Positions 12,441 to 26,537 of a DNA stretch of 64,000 nt are shown in pieces. The DNA comes from the human T2T-CHM13v2.0 reference genome, Homo sapiens. Both the position numbers and the translations under genes were made by a program. A model generated the notes under the pieces. The model made no database searches and was not told the DNA's origin. It saw nothing but the letters and a program-made list of their open reading frames with translations. Each line of letters starts with the position of its first letter. The first letter of the stretch is position 1. The stretch lies in assembly GCF_009914755.1 (NCBI RefSeq), contig NC_060931.1; one strand, 5' to 3'.

Positions 12441-12884
12441 TGTCATTGATGGGTTCTCTGGGAAACAGGTTCCAAGGGTCAGTATTAGTGAGCAGGGGAT
12501 TTACTGGGGGAAGGCGCTCAAGAGCAGCAGCTGTAAGGCAGTGAGAACAGAAGGGCTGGGCAGAGGAAGGTGAACTGCAGTGGAATTGCAGCAAGGCCTC
12601 ATATGGTTCCACAGAAGGCTCTGGAGCCAGGATGGCTCTTCATAAATGTCCCAAATTGAAGTAAGGGGGCTGGGCTTCGTACCTTCACATCCAGTGAGTT
12701 GAAAGTAGGCTGTCCCAAGGGAGGGAAGTAATAGCCTTGGATGAGCCTGTTCTCTTAACTAAGGGCCTTCTCTGGAGAAGGACTCGGCCATGAGCCACCA
12801 GCAGGCAACATCCAGCAGCTGGAAGAAGAAGTGCCTCCATCCTGAAGAGAGTATGTGTCTGGGGATGAGCCCCAGCATCCAACA
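12441..12884 (-). mobile_element. LTR16C-like 3' LTR of an ERVL provirus
   Basis: TG...CA ends; reverse complement matches the LTR16 family (cttcaggatggaggcac...gttgcctgctggtggctca). Confidence 0.8.
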
Positions 12885-15066
12885 TGGCCCACCCCTGTGC
12901 AACCTGGATGCATTTTCTTCAGACATCAAGTTTACCCCAACTGGATAAAGCCCCTCCAGAATCCTTGATGCCCTCTTTTCTTGGGAAAACTGCACAAGAC
13001 AGATGAATGGGAAAGATTAGTGGGATTAATGTACTACTACCTGGCTGCAAGCTCATTGTCTTCCTCCTCCGTGTCTGTTTTAGATTCCCTTTGCTCATGG
13101 TTAGCACCTTTTCTAGTCTAGGTGGCTTACCTGGATATTTCTCAGACTCTCAGAACATATGATTGCTACATATGTTCACTGACTGAGAAAATAGGGCAGA
13201 AGGATATCACGAAATGCCCCCAGTGGGTCGTGTTGGTGCCAAATGTGCTCTACCTCCATTAGGTAACAGCAGCTCTTTCCCCACCTAATAATTGGGCTGA
13301 CATCCCCCAGCTAGGATGCCAACTCCCTCCTTTGCCCATTGGTCTCTTGACACAGGGGCCCACAGTGATTGAACAACAGCTAAAGCTTAGAGTCCAGTGT
13401 CCCCTGGTGAATACGTTTCTGTTTGGGAACCACGACTTAGAAACCTTATCAGTTGCACTGATAAGAATCACAAATTTCCCTTAGGAATTTCCCTTAGGCT
13501 GTTTTAAAATATGTTTACAAATGCTTTGATGTGTTTCCTTTCAAAAGGTGGTCCCAATTTTTCCTCCTTTTGCATGTGGACCAAACTTACGACTCACTTC
13601 TAACAAATAGGCTGTTGTGGAAGTGCAGCCAAGGATAGGTCACTAACAGGGTAGCTTGTGCTTGGCGTGCTCTCACTCCCTCCTGAATTGTCTTCTCTGT
13701 GGGAAGCCAGCTTCCATGTCATGAGGATGTCAAGCAGCCACATTGCTTTCGACCATCAAAATTTACCAAAGTCTTTTATTATTTCAGGGTCCTAACATTC
13801 CCGTTGTTAACAGTTCTGAAATAGCACCTCCTACTGGTGCTTCTTAATGATGCTGTGCCAATCTCACCAGCACATTCCTTACTTTTTTGGGAAATGAGGA
13901 TCTCTAGGTCCTCCTGAAGAATAGTGGATGGCTGGGTTTTCTGGCCCCATTCTAGCACATTCATTTCTCTGAGCTTTTTCATGCTTTTGTACATGTGTAT
14001 AACAAAAGGACTGTGGCATTTCTACTTCACTGGGTGCGGACCATTGCTTTCTCCAAGCCTCAGAAGCCATCACAGTAATGAGTTAGAATTGCCTCTTAGG
14101 GTCCTGCCAGGACAGAGCTCCTACGTCACAGGAGAGTGCTTCCATATTAAGGAACTCCCATCATACCCAGATTTATGCTATACTCCTTTAAGCCAGCACC
14201 CTCAGATCCAGCTCACACATGCTCTCCAGCCTCCTTCTGGGACCTGTGGACTAGACCTGCAGCTCCCCGGGGCTCTAACCCCTTCCTCCTTTGGCAGATC
14301 CAGCACTTCCCCACATTGTGATGTGAGCCCAGTGATTGATCTGGTGGCCAGGAAGGGAGGTAGGGGCAGGGAGCAGACTCAAAAAAAAAAGGAAGCACGA
14401 TATTTCAGGCAGAGTCCTCTACATTACCTTCAAGTGAGAGGAGAAGGTTCAGACTTTTACAGGAGGAGTGGCCATTTCTGCAGGCCCAGAGTGTCAGGGG
14501 ACTCTGAAGGAACTCAATACTTTGAATGCATCAACTTGAACATGCCATCCTGAATTTTAGGGTCCCAGTCCTTCCCCATGAGGGCTCTACCCTGAACGTA
14601 GCTGACTTGCTAAGGTTAAGGAGCCAGTCTCCTCCGGAGGTCTGCTACTCTTTTAACAAAGTCCTGGGACTGATTCTAGGATTTTTCTGCCCTCTATCTG
14701 CAGAAATGAGAGCCTTTTGTATGCTGCCAGTGAGGTGAGGCCCTTTGGTTTTCACATTTCACTTTAAATTGGTGATTAATCACTCCCAGGCTTTCATTGT
14801 CTTTTCCCAAGATAATATCTACTGGGCCCCACAGTCCTTATCCTTACTACTTTACTTGAACTTCTGAGGTTCCTGCCAGTGTATTTCTTTCCCATCCCAG
14901 TTCACTACAGTGAAAGTTTAAACAATTGCCTCCCCCCACTGCACCCTAGGGGCATTCAGTACTCCTTTCACCCCTAGTGATGGGATCTTCCTTGCCGGCC
15001 AGCTGGTGGTTAATCCAGCTCCCAAACTCCATTTTGAAATACACTCCCTAGGCCCCTACAAACAAC
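12885..15066 (-). mobile_element. ERV3-16A3-like (ERVL) internal region; internally deleted, with decayed gag and dUTPase
   Basis: Minus-strand remnants EAWRKQWSAPSEVEMP and KKLREMNVLEW match ERVL gag (about 13780-14400). VVVPK...PGDT...DQWAKEGVGILAG matches an ERVL dUTPase-like region (about 13260-13480). Confidence 0.8.
13500..13742 (+). mobile_element. MLT1F-like LTR fragment nested in the ERVL internal region
   Basis: acaaatgctttgatgtgtttcctttcaaaaggtgg...gggaagccagcttccatgtcatgagga. Confidence 0.7.
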
Positions 15067-16001
15067 TGTACTAGCTCAGTTTCCTAGAATAGTGAGTTGA
15101 ATAATGGCTTCTTTGCAAAAAACAAACAAACAAACAAACAAAACCCAAACAAACAAAAAAAAACAACAACAACAAAAACAAAAACAAAAAAACAGATCTG
15201 TCTGCCCAGAACTTGTGAACATGGCCTTACTTGCAAAAAGGGTCTTGCCAATGTCATTAAGTTAAAGGTCTTGAGATAAGATAATCCTGGATTACCCACG
15301 TGGGCCCAAAATTCATTGACAAGTGTCCTTTTAAGAAACACACAGAGGAGGAGGTGATGTGAAGACAGGAGCAGAGACTGGAGTGATGTGTCTACAAGCC
15401 AAGCGGGGAAGGCTGATAATTGCTGATAAACATCAGAAGTCAGAAAAGAGGTCAGCAAGGGATTCTGCCTCAGAGTCTCCGAAAGGATTGGACCCTGCCA
15501 ACACCTTGATTCCAGATTTCTGGCCTTTTGCATTTATGAGCGAATATGTTTCTGTTGTCTTAAGCCACCCAGTTTGTAGTAATTTGTTATTGCTGCCCCT
15601 GGAAATTTTCACACCCGGAAAAACCCTCTCTGAGACAGAGATTTGTAAGCAGATGGAAACAGGACTGGGCTGAGGGATAAAGTGAACTCCAATGCATTTG
15701 CAACCTTGGCCTCAGCTGATTCAACAGGAAGTCTGAAGCTAATACAGCACCTCAAAGATGTCTGAAGTGTGGAAAGAAGGGTGAAACTTTTTATCTCTGT
15801 ATGAATCCTTCATTCCTGTATTGCATGTAGCAACCCTCTAAGAGGTAACACATCATAGGACAAGGTCGCTCCTTTCACCTGATGGCAGTTCCAGAGTAGA
15901 GACTAAATTGTGAGCCGTCAGCAGGCAATGTCTCCACCAGCTGGGGAAATAAAGGTTGGATCCAAATAAGGGAATGTGGGTAGCACTTCACCTCAGCCAC
16001 A
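15067..16001 (-). mobile_element. LTR16C-like 5' LTR, split by MLT1C (pieces 15067-15087 and 15614-16001)
   Basis: Homologous to 12441-12884 (ggactgggctgaggga...gtgaact...tcagcaggcaatgtctccaccagctgggg). Confidence 0.75.
15088..15613 (+). mobile_element. MLT1C solo LTR containing an (AAAC)n/(AAC)n tract at 15117-15193
   Basis: aaaaagggtcttgccaatgtcattaagttaaaggtcttgagataagataatcctggattaccc matches the MLT1C consensus; flanks cctagaa / cccggaa. Confidence 0.85.
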
Positions 16002-16449
16002 ACTGGAGGCTTTGATGGCTGTCATCAGAGGAAGAACCATCTTAGAGATGGAGACTGTGGTGAATGGATCAACCAGAGGAGATCTTGGGGAGTTGCTTTT
16101 ACAAAAAAAGATATTTACAAGTGAATCCAGGTAAAATACTAAGGGAAGCTTGAAGGAGAGAAAGAAAAAAAGGTTGCTAAAAAGGCCACAAGTGACCTTG
16201 AAGGAAAAGTGAGTTGTAAGGAAACGATGTAGCAGAGGTGAGGCCTTGCTGTCATCCCTCATGGGAGGAAATGATGGCAACGTATGGACTGTTTCCTTGG
16301 TATAAACCTTGGGTCATTCTCAGCACCAGTCAGTGGAGTGGTGGAGCCTCTTCTTCCTCTGCCGGAAGGTAGGGGGCCACAGACAGCACACAGTAGACAA
16401 TTTCTTCCCTTGTTAATAAAAAGGTTCTGTTTCTAAAACTGATACTGCA

Positions 16450-17244
16450 GGTAATCAAATGCCTGATAAGCACTCGAAAAAGTGTTGAACATCCTTAGTC
16501 ATTAGGGAAATGCAAAGTAAAACCACAATGAGATATCATTACATATGCCTAAGGATGGGTAAAATTAAAAAGAAAGATAATAGCAAGTGTTGGGGAAGAT
16601 AGGGAGAAATTGTAATCCTCATACACTACTAGTGAATATATAAAATGGTGCTGCCACTTAGAAAAAACTCTTTGGCAGTCTTCTGGAGTTGACCAAACAC
16701 CTAACACAAATACCAGCAGTTCCTTTCTGAGATATTTACTCAAGAGAAATAAAAATGTATGCCCACACAAAGATTGGTACATAAGTTTTTGTAATGGCTT
16801 TATTCATAAGAGTCTCAAACTAGAAATAGCTCAAATGTCCATTGACAGGTGAATAGATAAACATATGGTCATACAATTATACAATGGAATACCATTCAGC
16901 CATAAAAAGGCAGAAACTACTGATATATGAAACTACATAGATGAATCGCAAAATCAGTATGCTGAGTTAAAGAAAACCAGATATCAAAGAATAGATGTTA
17001 TGTGGCTGTATGTATACAAAACTCTAGAAGAGACAAATCGAGTCTACAGTGATAAAAAGATTAGTGGTTGACTGGGGCTGGGAATGGAGGGAGATTTTCT
17101 GGTAAGGGACCCAAAGAAACTTTTGGGGGTGAAGAATATAGTCTATATTTTAATTGTGTCAGCAGTTATGCAGGTGTATGAGTTGGTTGAAATTCTTCAA
17201 GCTAGGAGCTTAAAATGCGTAAAATAAAGTTGATTTTTTAAAAA
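16450..17244 (+). mobile_element. L1ME1/L1MB8-like 3' portion
   Basis: ORF2 C-terminal region (cattagggaaatgcaaagtaaaaccacaatgagata) and 3' UTR ending aataaagttgattttttaaaaa. Confidence 0.85.
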
Positions 17245-18224
17245 GCTGATCTTATGGAAACCTCTCTGCCATTTGTTCTGGAAAAACCTGGAGCTGGTGT
17301 GGAGGGGATGAGATGACTGTTCTTTTCTTAACTCACACAGTGATCCCACATTTACACATCAAAGGCTTTTTCCTTGTTACCACAAAGCAAAAATGACAGG
17401 GTTGCCTGCTGTGATGATAATGACTTCCCAGACTAAAGAAGCCACAGAAGGTCACAGGAAATCTTAGTCCCGTTATCATCCTGTATTTCCCTAGGAGACC
17501 TCATGGCCAATTTGACCGAATTACTTTTTCCCCACTGCATCTTTCCTTTTGGATTCATTAGCTAAGACATCGAAAGGTCAAAAGTCTTACTCAGAGTTGG
17601 TGGCAATGAGTCAATGACCGTGTTTCCTCTGCTTTCCAGCCTGCAGTCTGAGCATGAACCCACAGTGAGACCCACTGACTGGTAGCATTATTTGGAATTC
17701 CCACCACCTCCCCCACCTCTCCTCCATTTTCCTCCTCCTTTCTTCCATATTCTTGTTCTGTCTCAAAATACCCAAGAATATCCTAAAATAAATGTATTAA
17801 GGAAGAGTTAGCAAATATATTTTTATGCAAAAACAACTGCCATGAAACTTAACTCTCTTGTGACCTCAAGAAATTTTCTGAAATACCATGTGTTACAAAT
17901 GTTTGAAATAATATTCACCTTCAAAAAGAGGTATATTTTCATATTAACTCACCCTAATAAAACTGACATAGTGAAAAACAGCAATAGAATCAATGTGATA
18001 TCTTTGTTAAAGTAAACCTCTAAAGTGTACCTACCATACAACTGATTGTATAATTCTAGAGTTATCAGATAGAAATGGCAATCAAGGTGTTGGGAAAAAT
18101 GACTGAAGTCCATATGAAAAAAATTCATTTAGTTGTCACTACAAGACATAATTCGCTCTGTTTGAGTACGTTACGTTGGTAATCATACTTTAGAACATGT
18201 TCAGCTATTGGAGGCAGGAAAATG

Positions 18225-18400
18225 AAACGTTCTCCAGCCCAAATGTTCACAATGATAGTGCACACGGAAAAAAATTTTTTTTTAAGTATAGACTTCTAGG
18301 TCTCATTATGGAATTCAAATACAATAGTTCCGGGGTGAAGTCCAAGACTATGTATTTTTTCAGTGTTACCAAGGTGATTCTGATGTTCAGACATGTTTTG
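18225..18400. mobile_element. MER5-like hAT-Charlie MITE
   Basis: ccggggtgaagtccaagactatgtatttttt...caaggtgattctgatgttcag. Confidence 0.6.
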
Positions 18401-18500
18401 TCCAGCCTTGCCCCACTCTGAGGCTTTCTTCTTAAGTGCTATGCTCAAAGAACTTTTGTCGTATATCACAGTACCCAAATGTTTTGGGTCTTTCACTTCT

Positions 18501-18799
18501 TTTTTTTCTTTTTTTTTTGAGACGGAGTCTTGCTCTGTTGCCCATGCTGGAGTGCAGTGGTGCGATCTCAGCTCACTGAAAGCTCTGCCTCCCAGGTTCA
18601 CGCCATTCTCTTGCCTCAGCCTCCCGAGTAGCTGGGACTACAGGCGCCCGCCATCACACCTGGCTAATTTTTTGTATTTTTAGTAGAGACTGGGTTTCAC
18701 CATGTTAGCCAGGATGGTCTCGATCTCCTGACCTCATGATCCGCCCACGTCGGCCTCCCAAAGTGCTGGGATTACAGGTGTGAGCCACCGCACCCAGCT
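18501..18799 (-). mobile_element. AluY
   Basis: Diagnostics ggttcacgccattctc and ttagccaggatggtctcgatctcc. Perfect 15-bp TSD gggtctttcacttct (18486-18500, 18800-18814). Confidence 0.95.
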
Positions 18800-20974
18800 G
18801 GGTCTTTCACTTCTATCACTAACAGCACATCTCCAATACAGGTGTATTTATTTAACTGCAAATTCATGCATAAATGCATCATATTTCAAAATAATTTATA
18901 TTTAAATCTACAAAAATTTACTTCCCAGAGCAAGCAAATAGCTCAATTGATCTTCATATTGGGCATCTCTAATAAAGAGGATAGGTACATCATGCTTAGA
19001 GTCAATATCATAGATCTCTATTTTTCTATGACATGACATAGTGTTGTCTTGTACCATGTGTCTCCGTCACTTTGAAAAGACATTAATTCCAATGGAGTTA
19101 AAATATTTCTATAAGTGAAAAATTAACCAAAGGGAGTTTGGGAATTTTTAACCTTCTTCCTCAAGAGATTTTTGTATTGTAATCCAACTGAGTTTTACTC
19201 AGTTGGCAAGAGAGTGAAAATATTTATTATATTTTATGACTTTAGCGGCATGTCCCTAATCAAGCAAGATGAGAATGAAGCAGGAACACAGACTATGAAT
19301 GTATGTCTCTGTGGAACGCCAGAGAAATCCAGATCCTCAGCCCATCAGATATGGAGTCTTGCAGCATCTTTGAGTATGAGACCAGGTGGAAAAAGAGATT
19401 TCATCTAAATTTACAAAGGCTCCTCTGTCTGTGCCTTTCTGACAGGGCTTAATTGCCTCAGCATGAAGCAGCCAGAGCAAGAATTAACAAAATTAAACTT
19501 GATAATTCCTGACACTCTCTTTCCCCACTGTGAAGCATCATCCATGGGAATAAGGGAGAGCAAGACTCAGGAGCCCTGCCCCTCCTCTCTAGGCAGAGCC
19601 CAGGGTGTCCGGGAGGCCAAAGTCAGACTAACGGAGCTACTTGAATGCAGGGGATGCCACAGTCTTTCTTTGACAGCCTCTCAAGAGTCAGCGCAGGGCT
19701 CCCTAGCTTCATTCTCACTTTCCTTTTGCTCTTTTTTCCTTTCTGTTACCAAAATACACTGGCATATTAAAAATAAACAGTGCTGCCTTGCCACAGAGCT
19801 CTGTTCTCCTTTAAATAGTCTGACAAGTACAAATGAGTCAAGATTCCCTATTGCTCCCATCCCAGGACAGATCACGGGGCCTTCTCCTTTCTCCTCTTTC
19901 TTTCTGGCTGCCTGTGCCTTTCTCTCTGCTCCGGCTTTTCTCTCAATCTAGTTTCCAAGTTTCTGGCTGGTTATCAGCCATTCTCTCCCTCTGGGTGCCG
20001 CCCTGGGTCTCTCTCAGGAACTCTCTTGGCCTCATTTTTTCTATGTAACTCTGTTTCTCTTTTTTCTGTCATCATTCTTTCTGAATGTCTGTATCCCCAG
20101 ATAAATACAAAACAAGCAGGTAAAGTGAGCCACAGTAAGAATAAACCATTTAATTAGGGCATTTGTGCTGTGCAAAGTTGGAAAAAAAAAATCTGGTCCT
20201 GTCTGGCCAAGTCGGCATCTTCTGTCACCAGGAACCTTTTGAGAGGCCCTTAAAGACTTCCATCCTCTATGCTATATTTGCATCTTTAATGTGCAATGAA
20301 GACAAGCTCTTGGCATACATGCAAAAGCAATCTGTACTATGGGGAAGATATGGTCTTTAACCTCAGGTTGAACTAAAAAGCACTGGAAATTTTAAGAGTT
20401 TGTTTTGACCTTTCAGGGTCACTCAGGATGGGGATCTGCCTGGCAGTTGTTAATGGTGGTTTGATTGGGCTCCAATACTGTTTTTAAGTCTCCACTTAGA
20501 GTCCAGCCAAGTTAAACACATTTTCTTTTCATCTCTACTCTCGTATCCAGCCTGCAGCCTCAGGTCTTCAGTCATTCCTTGGTTCTTCTCTGGATTTTGT
20601 CCAATTTGTTGACAAATCCTCCAATCTTTATTTAAAATTACTTCTTAATTTCATCCTGATAGTATCTTGCAGCGTTTCCTTAAGACCAGCATTTTATTCT
20701 GTTTCTGCCCACACATTGAGTTAAATGTGGGAGCAGGAGTATACAGAAAAGACCACAAAGCTGTTTCGGGGGATAGGACTACAGGCAAAGCTAGTGGTCA
20801 GGCCTTCTAGACAAGTGGACTCTGGGGCTGGCAGCAGTGTTTTCTTTTCTTGTTTGAAAATGGCGTCTTTTCTTGATTGTAAAATTTATACTGATCGTTG
20901 CTGAAAACTTCCAAAATACAGACAAAAAAGCAGAAGAATATAAAAATTATGGACAATCCACAAACTGCAGATAA

Positions 20975-21350
<376 letters not shown>

Positions 21351-24057
21351 ATATAAATATTTTTAAACAAACTTAATTGTACACTAAGAGTGTTTTACCT
21401 TGTAGTTATTTCCCACATTTGCATTTCCTTCTTCCAACTATAACTTTATGCATTAGGACCGCAATACTTTCATTACTGTAATTTTTTAAAGTACTTTGAA
21501 TTGGTAGGGTGAGTCAATCAACACTCATATCATCAAAACTCATTTTTTTGACATTTTCTTGACTATTAATTTCCTAATCTTTTTCTTTCTAGATGAACGT
21601 TTGGTTCACTGTGCTGGCATGGCATTTTGAATACAATTTCATTAAACACAAAAGTTAACACATAAAAATTAAAGAGAGCTGACATTTACAGTGTTCTCTC
21701 TTTTAATCCTGGAACATAAACACCATTTATTCATCATATTATTTTTTGGTTTGTCAACAAAGTTTTATAGTGTTATTGATTATATCTTCAATTTGTAAAT
21801 AAACATTTCTAGCTTTTTTTAAGCCTTGGCTTCATATATTGTATGTGTATGTATGTATGTCTGATTTTATATTTTTCTTGTATCCCTTATCTCTGGACAA
21901 AAATGCCTATTTTTTTATTGCGGTAAAATATATATAACATAAAATTTACCATTTTAATCATTTTTAAGTGTACAATTCTGTAACTTTAAGTACATTCACA
22001 TTGTTGTGCAACTGTCACCAATATCCAACTCCAGAACAGTTGTCTTCCCAAACTAAAACTTTGTATCCATTAAACACTACCTCCCCATTTCCATCTTCCC
22101 CCAGCCCCTCCCGATCACCAATCTACTTTCTGTTCCTATGAATTTGATTACTCTAGGTACCTCATACAAGTGGGATTATATAATATTTGTTCAGGGAAAT
22201 ACTGACATTTCACTTTGCGTAATGTTGTTAAAGTTCTTTCCTGTTGTAGCATGTGTCAGAATTTTCTTCCTTTTTAAGGCTGAATAATATTCCCTTTTGT
22301 GTATGTGCCACATTTTGTTTATCCGGTCTTCTGTTCATGGGTACTTGGGCTGCTTCCACATTTTGGCTACTGTGAATAATGCTGATATGAACATGGATGT
22401 ACAATATCTGTTCAATCTCCTGCTCTCAATTCTTTTGGGTATATACCCAGAAGTGAAAGTGCTGAATCATACAGTAATTCTGTGCTTAATTTTTTGAGGA
22501 AACACCATACCATTTTCCACATTGACTGCATCATTTTATATTCCCATCAGCAATGTACAGGACTTCCAATTTCTCCACATCCTCACCAACACTTCTGATC
22601 TTCTGGGGGTTTTTTTGTTTGTTTGTTTGTTTGTTTTGTAGTAGCCATCCTACTAAGTGTGAAGTCGTATCTTGTGATTTTGCTTTGCATTTCCCTAATA
22701 ATTAAGGATGTTGAGGGTCTTTCTATGTGCTTATTGGTTATTTGTATATCTTCTCTGGGGACGCATCTATTCAAGTACTGTGCCCATTTTTTTTCACTGT
22801 GGTGTACTTCATTTCATAGGGCTGTTTTAGCTTCACAGCAAAACTGAGCAGAAAGTACAGAGGTCCCATTATACCCTTGCCCCCACATGTGCACACACAG
22901 AGCCTTCCTTACCATCAACATCCCATACCAGAATAGTATATTGTTACAATTCATAAACCTACATAAACACACCATTATCACCCACCATTATCATCCATAG
23001 TTTATGTTAGCGTTCATTCTTGGTTTGTTATACATTCTATAGGTTTTGACAGATGTGTAATGCCATGTATGTACCATTATAGTATCACACAGAATAGCTT
23101 CATTGTCTTAAAAATCCTTTGTGCTCTTCCTGTTCATCCCTTCTTTCCTCTTACTCTTTGGAAGCCACTGATCCTTTTATTGTCTCCATAGTTTTGCCTT
23201 TTCCAGAATATCATATAGTTGGAATTGTACGGTATATATACATTTTAGGTTGCATTCCTTCACTTACTAATAAGCATTTGCATTTCCTCCATTTTGTAAA
23301 TGACTGGAAAGCTCATTTCTTTTTTTTCAGACTGGAAAGCACGAATAATATTCCATTGTATGGATGTATCACAGTTTATCCATTCATCTACTGAAGAATA
23401 TGTTGGCTGTTGCCATGTTTGACAATTATGAATAAACCTATCAACATACATATGCAGGTTTTTATGTGGACATAATTTTTCTACTCCTTTGGGTAAATAC
23501 CCAAGAGTCTGATTGCTGGATTATATGGTTAGAGGATGTTTAGTTTTGTAAAAAACTGACCAACTTTCTTCCAAAGTGACTGTACCACTTTGTATTCCCA
23601 CTAACAGTGAGTGAGGGTTCCTGTTGCTCCACATCCTCACCACAGTTGGTGCTGTCATGGCTCTGAAGTCTGGCCATTCTAATAGGCATAGGCTGGTATC
23701 TCACCCTTGTTTTACTTTGCATTTTCCTGATGACATATGATGTAGGGTATCTTTTCATATGTTTATTTACCATTTATATATCTTTTTTGGTGAGGTGTCT
23801 ATTCAGGTCTTTTACCCATTTTTTTTAGTCAGGGTGTTTGTTTTCTTATTGCTGAGTTGTATCAGTTTTTTTATGTTTTGGATAATGATCCTACATCTGG
23901 CATGGTTTTTGCAAATATTTTCTCTTAGTCTGTGGCTTATCTTCTCATTCTCTGGGCAGCGTCTTTCACAGTACCTTTCATAGAGCAGAAATGTTTAATT
24001 TTAGTGAAGTTCACCTTGTCAATTATATCTTTCATGAATCATGCTTTTAGCGTAGTA

Positions 24058-24756
24058 CAGTAGTTCACCCTTATCTGTGGAGGATGTGTTCCAAGACCTC
24101 TAGTGGATGCCTGAAACCATTGATAGTACTGAACCCCATATATCACTATGTATTTTTCCTATTCATACATATCTATGATAAAGTTTAATTTATAAATTAG
24201 GTATAGTAAGAGTTAACAATAGAAACTAATAATAAAAGATAATAATTATAACTATATACCTTAATAAAAGTTATATGAATCCTGTCTGTCTCTTTCAAAG
24301 GATATTATTGTACTCTACTTCTTTACTTCTTTTTCTTGTGATGATGTGAGGTGATACCGTGCCTATGAAAGGAAGTGAGGTGAATGATGTAGGCATTGTG
24401 ACAGAGCAGTAGGGTACCACTGACCTTCTGACAATACATCAGAAGGAGGATCATATGCTTCAGGTGATGTTGGATTATTGAGCCATGATTATTTCGATGG
24501 TTGGATGTCAGTAGCAGACAATGTCGACAACTAAGGATCAGGTAATGTATACAGTGCGGATACGCTAAACCAAGGGATGATTAACATCCCAAGCAAGTCA
24601 CCACAAAATTTCATCATGTCACTCAGAACAGCAGGCAATTTAAAACTTATGAGTTGTTTATTTCTGGACTCTTCCATTTAATATTTTCAGACCATTGTTG
24701 ACTGTGGGTAACTAACACCACAGAAAGTGAAACCTCAGGAAAAGGGGCAGTTACTA
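24058..24756 (-). mobile_element. MER44C/D (Tigger7-derived) DNA transposon
   Basis: TIR cagtagttcacccttatc ... gaaaaggggcagttacta; TA flanks; about 700 bp. Confidence 0.85.
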
Positions 24757-26245
24757 TATCTAACAAGTCATAGGCATAACCAAGGTCACCTAAAGTTTCT
24801 CCTATGTTATTTCTAGGTATTTCATAATTTTGTGTTTCGCATATAGGTATACGATTCACTTTGAGCTAATTTTTGTGAAAAGTGTAAGGAAAGCCTGTGT
24901 CTGGATTCATTTTTCTCCACGTGGATCTCCAGTTGTTCCAACACTATTTGTTGAAAAGAAAATATTTTTCCACCGTATTTCCTTAGTTTCTTCATCAAAG
25001 ACACCTTTACTAAATTTATGTCTACTTCTGGGCTCTCTATTCTATTCCTTTTTATTCCATTTTCCTATTTGTCTGTTCTTTTAACGATACCACACTGTCT
25101 TGATTACTGTTTCTTTACAGTAAGTCTTAAAGTAAGGTAGTTTCAATTCTCTGATTTTGTTATTCTAGGCCTTTTGCCTCTCCATAGAATCGGTTTGTCA
25201 ATATCCACAAAATAACTAGTTGAGATTTTCACTGGAATTGTGCTGAATCCACAGATCAAGTTGGGCGGAAACTGATATCTTGACAATATTGAATCTTCCT
25301 ATCCATCAACATGCACTGTTCCCCCATTTATTTAGTTCATTTATTTTATTCATCACAGTTTTGTAGTTCTCTCATACAGTTTTTGGGTATGTTTTGTTAG
25401 AGTTGTACCTAAGTGTTTTATTTTTGGGGTGCTAGTGTAAATAGTATTGTATTTTTAATTTTGTATTTCAGTTGTTTATGGCTGGCATATATGAAAGTTA
25501 TTGACTTTTGTATATTCACCTTATATCTTATAACCTTGCTATAATTGCTTATTAGTTCCAGGAGTATTTTCTCTGATTCTTTGAGATTTTATACATAGAC
25601 ATCATGTCATTTCCAAATAAAGACAGTTTTAAATATGTATATCTTTTATTTCTTTTTCTTGTTTTATTGCATTAGCTAAGATTTCCAATATGATCTTAAA
25701 AAGGAGTGGTAAAAGGGGACCTCCTTGCCTGGTTCCTAATCTTAGTGAGAAAGTGTTGAGTTTTTCACCATTAAGTACTATGGTTAGCTGGAATTTTTAG
25801 CATGAATTCATGTTGAATTTTGTCAAAAATTTTTCTGTGTCTATTGATATGACCATATCATTTTTCCTCTTTAACCTGTCGGTGTGGTGAATTATGTTAA
25901 TTGATTTTAAAATGTTGAATCAGCCTTGCATACCTGGAATATATCCCACTTGTTTTGATGTGTAATTTTTTATACATTATTGGATTTAATTTTTTTTTTG
26001 AGGATTTTGCATTTATGTTCATGAGACATATTGGTCTCTAGTTTTCTTTTCTTATAATGTTTTTGTCCTTTCTTGGCATCAAGGCAATGCTGGCCTCAGA
26101 ATGAGTTAGAATTCTGCTTTTGAATTCCAAGACAGATTGTAGAGAATTGATATAATTTCTTTCTTAAATGTTTGATATAATTCACCAGTGAACCCATCTA
26201 GGGTATTATTGGTATTAGAAAGTTATTAATTACTAATTCATATAT

Positions 26246-26537
26246 TTTCTCTCTTTTATTGAGACAGAGTCTCACTTTGTCACCCAAGCTGGGGTGCAGT
26301 AGCACAATCATGGTTCACTGCAGCCTTGACCTCCCAGGCTCAAGCAATTCTCCCATCTCAGCCTCCTGAGTAGTTGGGACTATAGCTACCATGTCGGGCT
26401 AATTTTAAAAAAAGCATTTGTAGAGATGGGATCTCTCTATGTTGCCCAAGCTGGTCTCAAATTCCTGGCTCAAATGATCCTCCCGCCTCAGTCTCTCAAA
26501 GTGCTAGGATTACATGCATGAGCCATCACACCTGGCC
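26246..26537 (-). mobile_element. AluJ
   Basis: J diagnostics (gcagccttgacctcccaggctcaagc; tatgttgcccaagctgg). Confidence 0.93.

Noticed and set aside
13924-14553. Longest ORF (209 aa, plus strand)
   Set aside because: It is antisense to decayed ERVL gag, has a non-ATG start and shows no protein resemblance
19463-19951. 162-aa ATG ORF in unique DNA
   Set aside because: Its composition reflects a pyrimidine-rich tract; no recognisable domain or exon structure
20101-20119. Possible 19-nt micro-exon (ccccag|...cag|gtaaag)
   Set aside because: Signals only, not frame-preserving, and such pairs are common by chance
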